DNA of 64,000 nt from Diplonema japonicum (Eukaryota; Protista; Euglenozoa: Diplonemea). The notes below the pieces were generated by a model that searched no databases, had not been told where the DNA came from, and was given only the letters and a program-made list of their open reading frames with translations. The stretch's first letter is position 1. Every line of letters begins with the position of its first letter. Made by a program: the position numbers and the translations under genes. Of this stretch, positions 53,017 to 63,210 are shown one piece after another. The stretch is from contig OZ025651.1 in the NCBI GenBank assembly GCA_964019335.1, positions 124,001 to 188,000 of the forward strand, written 5' to 3'.

Positions 53017-54151
53017 CTTCTTTTTTTTATAGCAATAATATGTATTATAAACTTACTAACTATCGTTTTCTTTTTTTTTTTTTTTTTTTTTTCTTCTTCA
53101 AAAAGGATAATGATGAGCTGCTCTCGCAAAGAAATAGTAAGCTGAGTGTGGCTTCACTGCTGTCTGCTGAACACGGCACGTGGTTTGTAATGGTCACTTC
53201 AGTCTGTCAAAGGGGGCAGGTGTTCAGGTGACTGGGGCCATGTTTTCTAGACTCCCTGCCACCCTTGGTTTTTGCCCTGTTTCCTTTGGTTTTTCACTCC
53301 TAACGCTTGGCTTTAAAAAACATGAGGGGAAAAAAATCAGATAAAAAGTGAAAACCTGATTTAATTCTTTCAGGCTAAATTCTTTAAGAGAGCTGCTCAA
53401 CCAACAATGCCGGTGGTTTCTTTCTGATTTTCTTGGTTTCCAGCAGAAAAATAAAATTAAAAAAAAAAAAAAAAAAAACGGAACAAAAAAAAAGTGAGAT
53501 GTAAAAGAGTTATCATTTTCTTTGAAAAGACGCCTTTTCTTTTTCTTCCCCGAAAACAATTCACAGGGTTTTGGGGGAAAAGAGGAAAAAGAAAAAGGAA
53601 AAAGAAAAAGAGAAAAAAAAAAAAGAAAAAAAAAAACTAGTGATGGTTCTTTCTTTCTTTTTTCTTAATAGAATGTTGGTACAAACCGAAAAGAAAAAAA
53701 AAATCTGCCAAACAAATAGTGTGTAGTTGACGATACGAAAATAAAATCAGACTTGGAAGGATATAGTATAGATTATATAACAAAAAACAAAATCTGCAGT
53801 GATGGGATTCTTCTGCTCTTTGCGGTCGTTCTTAGATCGTACCTCTTGCAGCCCTTCCCACCCTTTGGGGGAAAAAAAATAGAAGGACTCTGCTATTTGA
53901 AGCTCTCTCAGAATTCGTTTTCTTTTTTTTTCCTTCCCCCAAAGGTGTGTTAAAAAAGAAATAGAAATGAAAATAAAATAAAAAAAAACTATAAATAAAT
54001 TAAAAAAAAAAAGAATTCTTCTTTTTTTTTTTTTTTTTTTTCCTTCTTTTCCCTTCTGTTGTTTTAATTGTTGATATGGTTTCTGGTTCTTTCTCATTTT
54101 TCTTTCTTTCCAGTAAAATGGGATGCAGTACTTTGAATGTCATATGAGGAA

Positions 54152-54190
<39 letters not shown>

Positions 54191-54308
54191 AAGTTAGTTT
54201 ATTAAGAGGTAGGGTGCTCACACCCCCACTCCCCCTCCCGCCCATTATAGAGGTTACCGTGAGTACAATAGACCCTCACCATGACCCACTTTTTTTTTTT
54301 TTTTTGAG

Positions 54309-54347
54309 TTGCACGCTTAACCGCCTAGTGTTGCAATCAAAGCCCCA
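54309..54347 (+). mobile_element. Solo 3'-terminal fragment of retroposon family B
   Basis: Near-identical reverse complement of 47924-47964; T-runs on both sides. Confidence 0.65.
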
Positions 54348-54401
54348 TTTTTTTTTCTTCTTCTATGAGTGGGCAAGAAAACAGTTCCCTTCTCACTACT
54401 T

Positions 54402-55134
54402 AAAAAATAGCTATTTATTAAGTGAAAATAAGATAGCATTATTTCACGCGTGGTGGCAGGGGGTTTAACGAGTAGGGGTCTTAGTTCACGAGCGAAGCGA
54501 GTGAACTAATATCCCGTTTACTTCACGAGCGCAGCGAGTGAAGTAAAAAGCTACGAGTTAAACCTGCCACCACAAGTGGAATAATGCTCTTATTTTCACT
54601 AATACGTTGTTTTATTTAACAAGAGCCGGGTTTGAAAGGGTGGGAGGTTACAGGGTTGGGATTTGGGTTACAGTGTGTGGGAGATGCAACGTCGCTAAAT
54701 TTCAGTTCGTGCGACTCTTTTGTCCTCATCCCGCTTGCAAACATGCAAGCTGCATATGCCTGACACATGTTGTAGGGGTCGCTGAATTTCACTGCCAGAT
54801 ACTCTTTCATTTGTTCCTGACTTAACACCGAAGCTTTTTTTCGCCTCATGGCCTTCTTCAAAAGAAGTGCAACCCGGGAAAGCTCTGCATTTTTTTACCG
54901 AAGTTTCGTTGGGTGATGGCGTTGATCTTGCTGTTAACTTGCCCTAAACCTAGGTGGAATGGGTGAAATTAGGCCCAGGAGTGAAATAATGTTACATTAT
55001 TTCACGCTCGAACATTATTTCACTCCTGGGCCTAATTTCAAGGTAACTGGGAGTGAAAATAAAGCTGGGAGTGACATAAAGTAAAATCTTATTTTCACTC
55101 CCACCCTTGAAAACCCGGCTCGAGTTATATAAAA
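54402..55134 (-). mobile_element. Internally deleted Crypton-like tyrosine-recombinase DNA transposon with structured palindromic ends
   Basis: YR fragment flanked by 37-bp IRs (54610-54646/55098-55134, 32/37). T-shaped palindrome at 54421-54600, perfect 30-bp IR at 54964-54993/55011-55040, multiple GTGAAA(A)TAA boxes. Confidence 0.75.
54685..54940 (-). pseudogene. Tyrosine recombinase fragment (end of core-binding domain + catalytic box I), one frameshift
   Basis: NSKINAITQRNFGKKMQSFP/RVALLLKKAMRRKKASVLSQEQMKEYL...AYAACMFASGMRTKESHELKFSDV. This matches the L(T/S)xE(E/Q)...L and (T/S)GxRxxExxxLxxxD(V/I) pattern of lambda-integrase-family enzymes. Boxes with HxxR and Y are deleted. Confidence 0.78.
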
Positions 55135-55637
55135 AATAAAAATAAAAAAGAACAAGGAGCTATTCCTTTTTTTTCTTACGCATTTGTTTTTCTTTAAAAA
55201 AATATATATAAGTGTCAATAGCCCTCTCCCTTTCAAACCAGGGGAGAAACACCCACGCATATAATGGCTGGCGTGGACTACGGGTGTGGTGGGTTTTGGA
55301 ATTTTTTATTCGCCAGCTCACTTTTTTTTATGCCGCGGGGGGGGGGGGGGTCAAAATAGCTTTAAAAAAGTGATGCGAAATATTTCTTTTGCAACATTTC
55401 TTTTTGATCTTTGTGGGGAACACAGTCATCATCAGCCAGCTAAAGTAGCTCGGGGGGGGGGTTTCTTTTTCTCTTTTATTTTACAAAAAAATAATAAAAA
55501 AATATTATAGTTATATTTATATATGAGTTAGAGCGTCGTTGTGAGACGCCCCCTTTCTCATTCTCTACCTGCACTTATCCAAAAAAAAAAAAAAAAAAAG
55601 GAGAAAAGAAAGGAAAAGAGGAAAAATAAAAAAAAGA

Positions 55638-56303
55638 TTACATGATATTACAAGTACCAGGACATAGATGCTTCTCTCTCTCGGAAGGGCAGAACTGGAG
55701 GCAGTTCGCCATGTTCGTGGAGAGCCACACAGAAGGTGCAGGCGAGGGACGCCCAGGACTGCGCTGTTCCCTGCAGAAATCGGGGTATGATGGTGCTACG
55801 AAGGTGTTTGGGAGGGATTCCAGTTTGTTAAGCCACCCCGTGGCCTTGTGGCTTGAGGTGTAAGGTATGAACAAAAACCTAATTGAGAGATGGGCTTGGG
55901 CTTGTAAGTACTTCTTCAAAGCTTTTACCCCGCATGTAGGTCTGCTGTCGGTGGCTACCACCACCAGTGTCTGTTTGTCAGCTCGGGCACCGTGCCTCTG
56001 CACTGCGCGCTCGATTGCTTCCAACATCTTCGTCCGCCCGTCTGGCTGCCTTGTGAAGCGTCTGGCGAGCCCTTGGTCTCCCTTCTCAACCCCCAGCTGG
56101 TCCCCGCCGCTGTGAAAGAAGACATCTGCTTTTTTTCCCACCAACCCGAGCATTGCGTCAACGTCGCAGCCCAGCACCTCCCACCTGCTCACAGATACCT
56201 CACCGCAAGCTCTCGCCCCTGCAGGTGTGAAGCCCAGCCCCATGCTCCCTGAGTCGTCAGCAACGATGACCAAGTTGCACTCCGACACGGACACCCTTTG
56301 CAT
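55638..56303 (-). CDS. von Willebrand factor A domain protein with C-terminal CaaX (CNIM)
   Basis: LVIVADDSGSM (DxSxS MIDAS), SRWE, LVVVATDSRP, ends CNIM*. Confidence 0.82.
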   Translation of the reverse strand: MQRVSVSECNLVIVADDSGSMGLGFTPAGARACGEVSVSRWEVLGCDVDAMLGLVGKKADVFFHSGGDQLGVEKGDQGLARRFTRQPDGRTKMLEAIERAVQRHGARADKQTLVVVATDSRPTCGVKALKKYLQAQAHLSIRFLFIPYTSSHKATGWLNKLESLPNTFVAPSYPDFCREQRSPGRPSPAPSVWLSTNMANCLQFCPSEREKHLCPGTCNIM

Positions 56304-56483
56304 CTTTTCTTTTTTTTTTTTTTTTTCCCCCTTCCCCTCCTTCTTATAGAGTTGTTATCTGACGAGGCAAAAAAAAAGAAAAAAAAAAAAAGAAAAAAAA
56401 AAAAGGAGGTAGGGAGTGTAAATTTTTTTATTTTTCTATTTTTCTTTTTTTTGTTTAATTCTTTTTTTTTTTTTTTTTTTCTT

Positions 56484-57176
56484 TTAGATTTTCCGCAGCT
56501 TGTGCAGCTCCTCCTCCAGGATCCCCACCTCGCATTCCAGCTTCGACCGGTGTTCGGATGAGAGCCACGTCCGCGTGCCCTGCACCAAGAGGTGGTATAT
56601 GTTGGCGAACGCTTGTTTTTGAAGCGTGTGCACCTGGTACCGCGCACACCTTTCAGAGGAAAAGAGAAACGCCTGTCGTTGTGAAGAGATGGACGCTATC
56701 CGCACGGCACAGAAGTGCGTCTGGAAGAGGCGGGTGATGTGCGCTTCAGCGGCTGTTGAGATAGTGACACGGAGGGACGCCTCACGGGAGAACAACGAAA
56801 GCGACCTACGGTGGGTAAGGATGTCTTGGAGGCCTGTTGAAACGACCTCTGTTGTGGGTTCTGTCTGGACTGTGGCATCGCGGTAGAGGGCGGTCATGGT
56901 GGAGATGAACTCCTCCCTGCTGATGTCTCCGCTTTCGTCGGAGTCAAGGGCAGCCAGCAGGACAGGCGCCATGTCCCCGCACCCCAACCCAGCGAGCCCT
57001 TTGGAGAATTCCTCTGCATCTAGCGTCTTGTCGCCTTTGCGCATGTTCACATTCCATGATGAGAAGGCCGCCCGCAACGTCCCAAACTTCCTCTCCAACA
57101 GCCTCTTGACGTGTCTCCACATCTCTTCCGTGTCCGCATGGATTTTCACCCTTGACACTCGTCTGTCGGGGGGCAT
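56484..57176 (-). CDS. EF-hand pair protein with C-terminal coiled coil
   Basis: ATG 57176; GDKTLDAEEF and LDSDESGDISREEF loops. Confidence 0.78.
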   Translation of the reverse strand: MPPDRRVSRVKIHADTEEMWRHVKRLLERKFGTLRAAFSSWNVNMRKGDKTLDAEEFSKGLAGLGCGDMAPVLLAALDSDESGDISREEFISTMTALYRDATVQTEPTTEVVSTGLQDILTHRRSLSLFSREASLRVTISTAAEAHITRLFQTHFCAVRIASISSQRQAFLFSSERCARYQVHTLQKQAFANIYHLLVQGTRTWLSSEHRSKLECEVGILEEELHKLRKI

Positions 57177-57540
57177 TGTTCCTGTTGCGGCTTGCTGGTA
57201 GAAAAAGAAAAAAAAAACGAAAATCGAGGGAACGAAATAAAAGGGGGGAGTGTGTAGGAAAAAAAAAAAAAGGGAGGTAAAAAAAAAAAAGAAAGAAAAT
57301 AAATTGTATCGCTCCTGGAAGCCTACCACCGGCGCGTGCCAAAGGGAAGAAAAAAAGAAAAGAAAAAAAAGGGGGGGGGAAGATGGGGTAGTCGCGGTTG
57401 TGAGTGGTAAAAAGGAGGGCGGGGGGAGGGTAAGAGCCGGTTGATTGTTGTTTGTACACTGACGTGATTAACCTGTAGAAGGATCCCAACAATACGACCT
57501 CTGCTCTTTAGCAATAACAATTTATTATCAAGAATAAATA

Positions 57541-57571
<31 letters not shown>

Positions 57572-57713
57572 CTGTACCAATAAAATAATATACTCCTCCT
57601 AGTTACCAATGTGGGACTGACCCAATGTGAGTACACAGTAGAAAAAAAAAAAGAAGAATGGGATGGGGGGAGGGAGACAGAAACAATATTCTCAAAATTT
57701 TCGAAGAAAAAAA

Positions 57714-58162
57714 TGTGGCTTTGGTTGCAACACTATTTGGCGTTAAGTGTGCAGCGTGGTGGTGGGTCTATCTTGTGTTGTTTCCCTTCTGCGTCGCTGC
57801 ATTCTTATCGGCAGATGGGGTGGGAATTCTTCGGGTTGGTTCGAGGTCGGCACGAATTTATTGTTCCAGTAGTCTCTCCCCGGTGAGCCGGTTGCGAGTC
57901 GCTGTTCGAGGAAGCGCACCTTGTCGTATGATGCGAAAGTGGGTCTGCAGGTATACCCTCGGATCCGTTTGTTTGCACCAATGGATCGGAGGGAGGATGT
58001 CAAGAAGGGTTTCCCGGGGATAGGAGGGGATCGTGCTTTTCTTTTCGGCCACCTCTGACAGTTTTGTCAAGACTCTAGCTAGCCGGTTTGCACGCTTGCG
58101 TACGTCAGCTGTTTTCTATGATTAGCTGTTTGGTTGTGGCCTCAAAGTCGAGTGCGACGTCT
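57714..58162 (-). mobile_element. 5'-truncated non-LTR retrotransposon relic (family B) with residual coding similarity to 43032-44092
   Basis: DVALDFEATT resembles ELAIDFEWTT; SLRSIG..GYTCRPTFA..DK resembles SLIAIG..GFSRRPIFA..DK. Ends in the family-B 3' terminus. A-runs flank both sides on the + strand. Confidence 0.68.
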
Positions 58163-58297
58163 AAAAAAAAAACTCAACATTTCTTTTTTCAAACGAAAAA
58201 AAAAAGAGGGGGGGATAATAAAGAGGAAAAGAAGAAAAAAAAAAAAAGAGAGAAGTGGGAGAAAATCAAAAGGGAAGTTTTCTTTAATTTTTATGTA

Positions 58298-58337
<40 letters not shown>

Positions 58338-59622
58338 TCCCTTCCCTTTTGCAATTAGGGCAATCCCTCTCTTTGAAGTCGGCATAAAAAAATAAAAAAA
58401 AAGAAGAGAGCTATGTTGCTATCCATGTTAAAAGCTTCAAAAGGTGAAAGTAATATAGAAGCTGCTACATGGGAAAAGTGTTAGCTGAGGTCCCATGAAA
58501 GAAGAAGAAAAAAAAATCAGGATAAAAGAAAAATACAAAGGATAGAACGAAAAGAAAAGGGGACTGACTTACGTTTTGAATTAAGGAGGGAAAAAAAAAA
58601 AAGAAAGAACAAAAGTCACCCTTCGATGCCCTGTGTCCTTTATTGTGTCTTGCAATAGACCTCTTAGGGGGGGGATAGTTTTTCTTTTTTTTCTTACAAA
58701 CGTTTTTTTTTTCTTTTTCGGAGTTAAGAGAGATGAAAAAGAATATATTGAATACTAAAAACACCAATCCCACCGCCACTCGCCCTCTTTTTTTTTTAAA
58801 ATTTTTTATTTCCGTATTTTTTTTTTTTTTTTCATCTCTCTCTGTCTTTTAATTCTTCCATTCACCCCGTTCATTTTTTTTTTTTTTTTAAATTCTTCTG
58901 ACAAAAAATAGCAAGAGGAAAAAGGATTAAAAAAAATGGGCCCGTCCCATAATAAAAAGATAAAAAAAAATAATAATAAAAGGGACTTTTCCCCTTGAAG
59001 AAGCCATTTTCAGGGGGAGAGGGAGGGGGAGATTCGCTCACACCTTGAGCATTAAGCGATAAGATTTGGGCATAAATAAAAAAAAAAAAAAAGAAAAACT
59101 CAATCTTTATCAACCATCTCAGGACATGGCGTGCTTGGTCCCCATTTCCTTGCGGTAGGTAGGCCGAAGCAATCCATGTAACCCCTGCTTTGAGAGGTTG
59201 TTGTGCCAAGGTTTGCCCTTTCCACCGAGCTTCCCCCCGGAAGAAAAGTAAAAAGGTGTTTGCCCCATTATCGTTAATGAAGGAGGGCGGGATAATAATA
59301 AGAAGTGGGGGGGGGGGGGTCAAGAAACATAAACAAAAAGTACAAAAAAAAAGAGAAAAAAAAAGGAGGAAAGAGAACACCGCCTAGTTTTTTTTCCCTA
59401 AAAGGTATAACCTACCTGCATAAGGTGGCCTGGAAAAAAATTTTTTATTGCATTTCTTTTAGAAAAAGAGGTGAAAAAAAAGGATTTTTTGGAAAAAAAA
59501 TGGCAGTATTCACATCTCTAAAAAGTTGCTGAAAAGGTTCTCTGGGCACTTTAGAGATATGGGATGTAAAATAATAAATAAATAAATAAATAAGATGTAC
59601 AGGTACAATACTAAAAAAAAAA

Positions 59623-59668
59623 CTCAAAGTACAGGACAAGCCCCCTCCCTGCTAGAGCGCCGCCCTAT
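59623..59668 (-). mobile_element. Solo 3'-terminal fragment of retroposon family A
   Basis: ctcaaagtacaggacaagccccc...gctagag.gccgccctat matches 43032-43073. A t(A)10-12ctca direct repeat spans both junctions. Confidence 0.7.
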
Positions 59669-60439
59669 AAAAAAAAAAAACTCACTATGATGGGAAAGAG
59701 GTGTAGTCCTCCCTCCTCTATATTTCTAAAATACAGGGTATTTCTTTTTTTTTTTTTTTTTTTTTTTTTTTGTGCGCACGATCTTCCTGAATAGGTTGCT
59801 GCTGCACTTATCACCTTATTCTTTTTTCTTACGTATGGGAAACAAAAAAAAATCTTTATGAGTTTTTTTTTTTCTTCTTCTTTTTCATTTTCTTCTTTTT
59901 TTTTTTTTGGGAAAATTCTACCCCAGAAAAAGGGGGATAATAGTTTTCTTTTATTTCTTTGTTTCTTTAATCCCCCCCCCCCCCCCCCCCACCCACGGAG
60001 GTCTAGAATGTTCAAAAAAAAGGAAAAAAAAAGAGGTTAGAGATAGAAAGAGAGAGAGAGAGGGGGGAGGGGGGGAAAGAAATTCATAATGATGGAGAGA
60101 AAAAGAAACTGCTTTTCTGTATTTCTCTTTTTTTCCCGAGGCTCCATATATTCTCTTTTTAAAAACATTAGAACCTTTCTTTTTATTATTATTATTTTTC
60201 TTTCTTCATCCCATCAAAAAAAAAAGAAAAAACTTTCCACAATTTCTTTTTTTTTAAATTTTTATTTTCCCCTCACCCTAACACCACCTCTTCCACCCCT
60301 CTTTTTTTTGTTTCTTTCTTTTTTTAAAAAATCTCCCCAATCACCCCCCCCCCCCCCCCCCCCCACTATACTACTTGTAAATAAATAAATAAAAAGGGGA
60401 AAAAATAAAAAAAAATAACACAGTAAAAAAAATCCCTTT

Positions 60440-61351
60440 TCAAAGCACAATTTTTTGTGAAAAATAGCTGGTGTGAAATGAACCGGATGGCGCAAAATAC
60501 AGCGGAGTGGTGGAGTCATCGAAAACAGTGGACACAGTTTCCCAATCAGGGGAGTGGTTGGTAACTTCAAATCGCGGGTAAGCAACCGTATCAAGCCGGG
60601 GCGGTAACGCTCCAGAATTATCTACTTCGATTAAAAGATCAACTTCCGGTGTGAGCTCCTTGACAGAGGTGGGAACCTGCATTATCGCCTCATCCAGCAC
60701 TGCAGCAGGGATGTGCCGACCTGTAATCAGCGCCCGATCTCTGGCCCGCTGTTTCACACAACTCTCGTCTGCTTTAACGTGAATGATCCCTATTTTATTT
60801 TGCGAGTACTGCGCCCTCGTCTCTTCAATAAAATTCTTGTACCACTGGCTATTCCGCAGGGACCCGTCCACTAGACAATTCACACCCATTTCCAAACATC
60901 TCCTTTTTGCAATCTCGATGATAAAACCGGCTTCTTGCTGGGTCATGGTTCCAGCTCCATCAGGACACGCCTGCTGGTACAGCCACATTTCGGGAAGCAT
61001 GTATTTCACTGCATCGTTGTCTAAGAAAGCAAATCTCATCAAAGGGAAGTGGCCGTGCTTGGCCATCCAGTGCAGGGTTCTAGTCTTACCAGCGCCCATG
61101 GCGCCTGCACTGAATACCAGCCACGGTTCCCGCACCGCCTCGTCGGTCTCCATTCTTCTCGGGACCAGCGAGTCTATTATCCTGTCCTGCAGCATTTGCC
61201 TTTCCAGCGTGTAGTTGCAATGGTGGCCGTAATCGACCTCTTTTCTCTGCTTCTCGTACCGCGGGGTGTACCTGCTGTGTGCCACTTTGTACATTTCACT
61301 GGTAGACACATTGGGGTTGAACACCATACGAAGTGCCGCCGTCCCACGCAT
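60440..61351 (-). CDS. Zeta-toxin-like P-loop kinase (protist-type)
   Basis: PWLVFSAGAMGAGKT, LDND..K..LPE, T..EAGFI.E, LVDGSLR, R...RA..TGRHIP. Confidence 0.85.
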   Translation of the reverse strand: MRGTAALRMVFNPNVSTSEMYKVAHSRYTPRYEKQRKEVDYGHHCNYTLERQMLQDRIIDSLVPRRMETDEAVREPWLVFSAGAMGAGKTRTLHWMAKHGHFPLMRFAFLDNDAVKYMLPEMWLYQQACPDGAGTMTQQEAGFIIEIAKRRCLEMGVNCLVDGSLRNSQWYKNFIEETRAQYSQNKIGIIHVKADESCVKQRARDRALITGRHIPAAVLDEAIMQVPTSVKELTPEVDLLIEVDNSGALPPRLDTVAYPRFEVTNHSPDWETVSTVFDDSTTPLYFAPSGSFHTSYFSQKIVL

Positions 61352-61780
61352 TTTCTTTTCTTCTTTTTTTTTCCCTTCTTTTTTTTTTTTTTTTTCCTTG
61401 TAGAAAATAATGTGGAACTACATGGAATTACACGCAAGCTAAGGGCATTTTGCGTTGATCAGAGCAAGCCGCTACACCAAACAACATACAACAAGAGGTC
61501 CAGCGCATCGTGGGACATGGGGATCTCAACAAAATCCCAAAACGCCTCATGAGCCATGTTCCCAGGAATGAAGCGGAGGGGTTCACGGCAAGGAACGCCG
61601 TGATCCTCTGCCCGACCAATGCAGGACAAGGAACTAAACGAAAGGTGCCTCGAGAAGATGCACAAGCTGGCGCACACCATCCTGGCAGCGAAAGAAAGCA
61701 AAAAAAAAAAAAAAAAAAAAAAAAAGGTCAAACAACACGGATTCACACGGTTCTTTTTTTTCTTCTCCCCCCCCCCGTTC

Positions 61781-62602
61781 TCAGAGCTCGTCTGGGGTGG
61801 TTTTCCCGGCAGGCTTTCGCAGGACAAGAATTGGCTCGTAAGTTTGCCGCCATGATGCTTCTGCGGTGAGCTTTGCCTCGTCCCAGCCTATTCTGTCCAC
61901 AACCTCCCATCCTTTGAGCAACATGGGCAACCGGATCTCTCCGTACCTCCTGTGCAGGTTCCAGACAACTACATCTGGGCCTATGGGCACAGTGAGGTAG
62001 AGAACACCGTTTGGTTTGAGCTGGGAAAGGGTTTCCTCCATCGCCTTGATGTCGCCGTCAGGGTTTAGCGGGTCCCCGTACCGCCCAAGCCCATCGTGGT
62101 CGAACGAGGACATCGAGAAGGCGGCGTCAAGGTTCGTACAGTGTTCCGAGCCATCCCTGCACTCCTCCACAGTCACCGTTGTGATCCCGTCGTAGTCGTA
62201 CGTTATTTTGTTGTACTCAATGGTGATGGCTTCCTTCGCACCGTGGACGAGGGCAACTGCTTCGAACCAAGGTTCCATTGAGCCGTAGACCCCTACCCTC
62301 GAGTCCTTCAGAAGGGGGTATTTCTCCAGCGCGGAGAATATCCACATTCTTTTGTTGTCTACCTTCAGGTTGACGCCTTTCCTTTTCATCCTCTCTGCTG
62401 CGTCCACGAACCCTTGAACGTTTTCCTTTGCATACTTGTAGTGGGTGCCCTTCCCCTCCGGGCCCGTGTCATCCACAAACATGTCTGCCACTGGTATCTT
62501 CCCTTCTAAAGTATAGCTTTGCACCAAATCTTCAGGCATTTCCCGTGGCGGCCCTGACAGCACCGTACAAGCTACCACTACGGCATAGGTTATGGATGCC
62601 AT
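61781..62602 (-). CDS. DUF268-type SAM-dependent methyltransferase, secretory pathway (signal peptide, C-terminal PDEL)
   Basis: VYGSMEPWFE, TIEYN, FSMSSFDHDGLGRYGDPLNPDGD, LKPNGVLYLTVPIGPD, HRRYG; ends TPDEL*. Confidence 0.85.
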   Translation of the reverse strand: MASITYAVVVACTVLSGPPREMPEDLVQSYTLEGKIPVADMFVDDTGPEGKGTHYKYAKENVQGFVDAAERMKRKGVNLKVDNKRMWIFSALEKYPLLKDSRVGVYGSMEPWFEAVALVHGAKEAITIEYNKITYDYDGITTVTVEECRDGSEHCTNLDAAFSMSSFDHDGLGRYGDPLNPDGDIKAMEETLSQLKPNGVLYLTVPIGPDVVVWNLHRRYGEIRLPMLLKGWEVVDRIGWDEAKLTAEASWRQTYEPILVLRKPAGKTTPDEL

Positions 62603-62875
62603 TTTGTTTCTCCTTTTTTTGTCTCAAATGATGAAACGATAAAAAAAAGGGGGGGGGGGGACAAGCTGGAGAAACTAAAAAAAAAAACCACATAGAGGGT
62701 TCCTCCTTTATTTTTTTACTTACTTTTACCCACTTTTTCTTTTTTTGTTTCTCTCTCTCTCTCTTTTTTTTTTTTTTTTTTTTTGTATTGCCGTTGAGTT
62801 GGCACCCTATTCATTTTTCTATATTTTTTTTCACTCCCCCCTTCTTTCCCTCCGGGAAAAAAAAATAAGAAGTAA

Positions 62876-62907
<32 letters not shown>

Positions 62908-62909
62908 TC

Positions 62910-63210
62910 GATCTATTTGTGCGATCCTACACGTGCCAGGTGCCGATCGTCGGGTTTGCCTTTCAGTCTGCGCTAAGAACATCTGCCGCAGTCTCTTCAG
63001 AAGCGGTGTTCACGCGCGAACACCCCGGGCCAGGGGCGTCTCAGGATTGGAATGCGATCAAAGCACATTTGACAAAATCCAGCGCCAAAAGCCGCTCAAC
63101 GACAATTTGGTGTTGCAGTGCCTCCTCCAGTTGTGCTGCTGTCGTCTTGGTGTTTCTTCACGCAAGGCCGCAGGTGCGTCCTACGGCTTTCACGTAATAG
63201 TACCCCAACA
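62910..63210 (-). pseudogene. Decayed reverse-transcriptase fragment of a non-LTR retrotransposon
   Basis: QLEEALQHQ....LALDFVK, then across a 2-nt insertion CFDRIP. This is the D..K(C/A)FDR RT motif. Stops and frameshifts surround it. Confidence 0.55.

Noticed and set aside
50540-53450. Several mid-GC islands resembling decayed coding sequence
   Set aside because: No frame with identifiable motifs; cannot be classified without a search.
54645-54955. Telomere-like GGGTT(A)/CCCTAA words at both edges of the YR fragment
   Set aside because: Only 1-3 degenerate units; better explained as element-internal TGTAACC motifs or chance.
61410-61700. GC-richer island between the kinase and DUF268 genes as an antitoxin or plus-strand gene
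   Set aside because: Short, frame-broken and flanked by T/A runs; more like an unclassifiable insertion relic.
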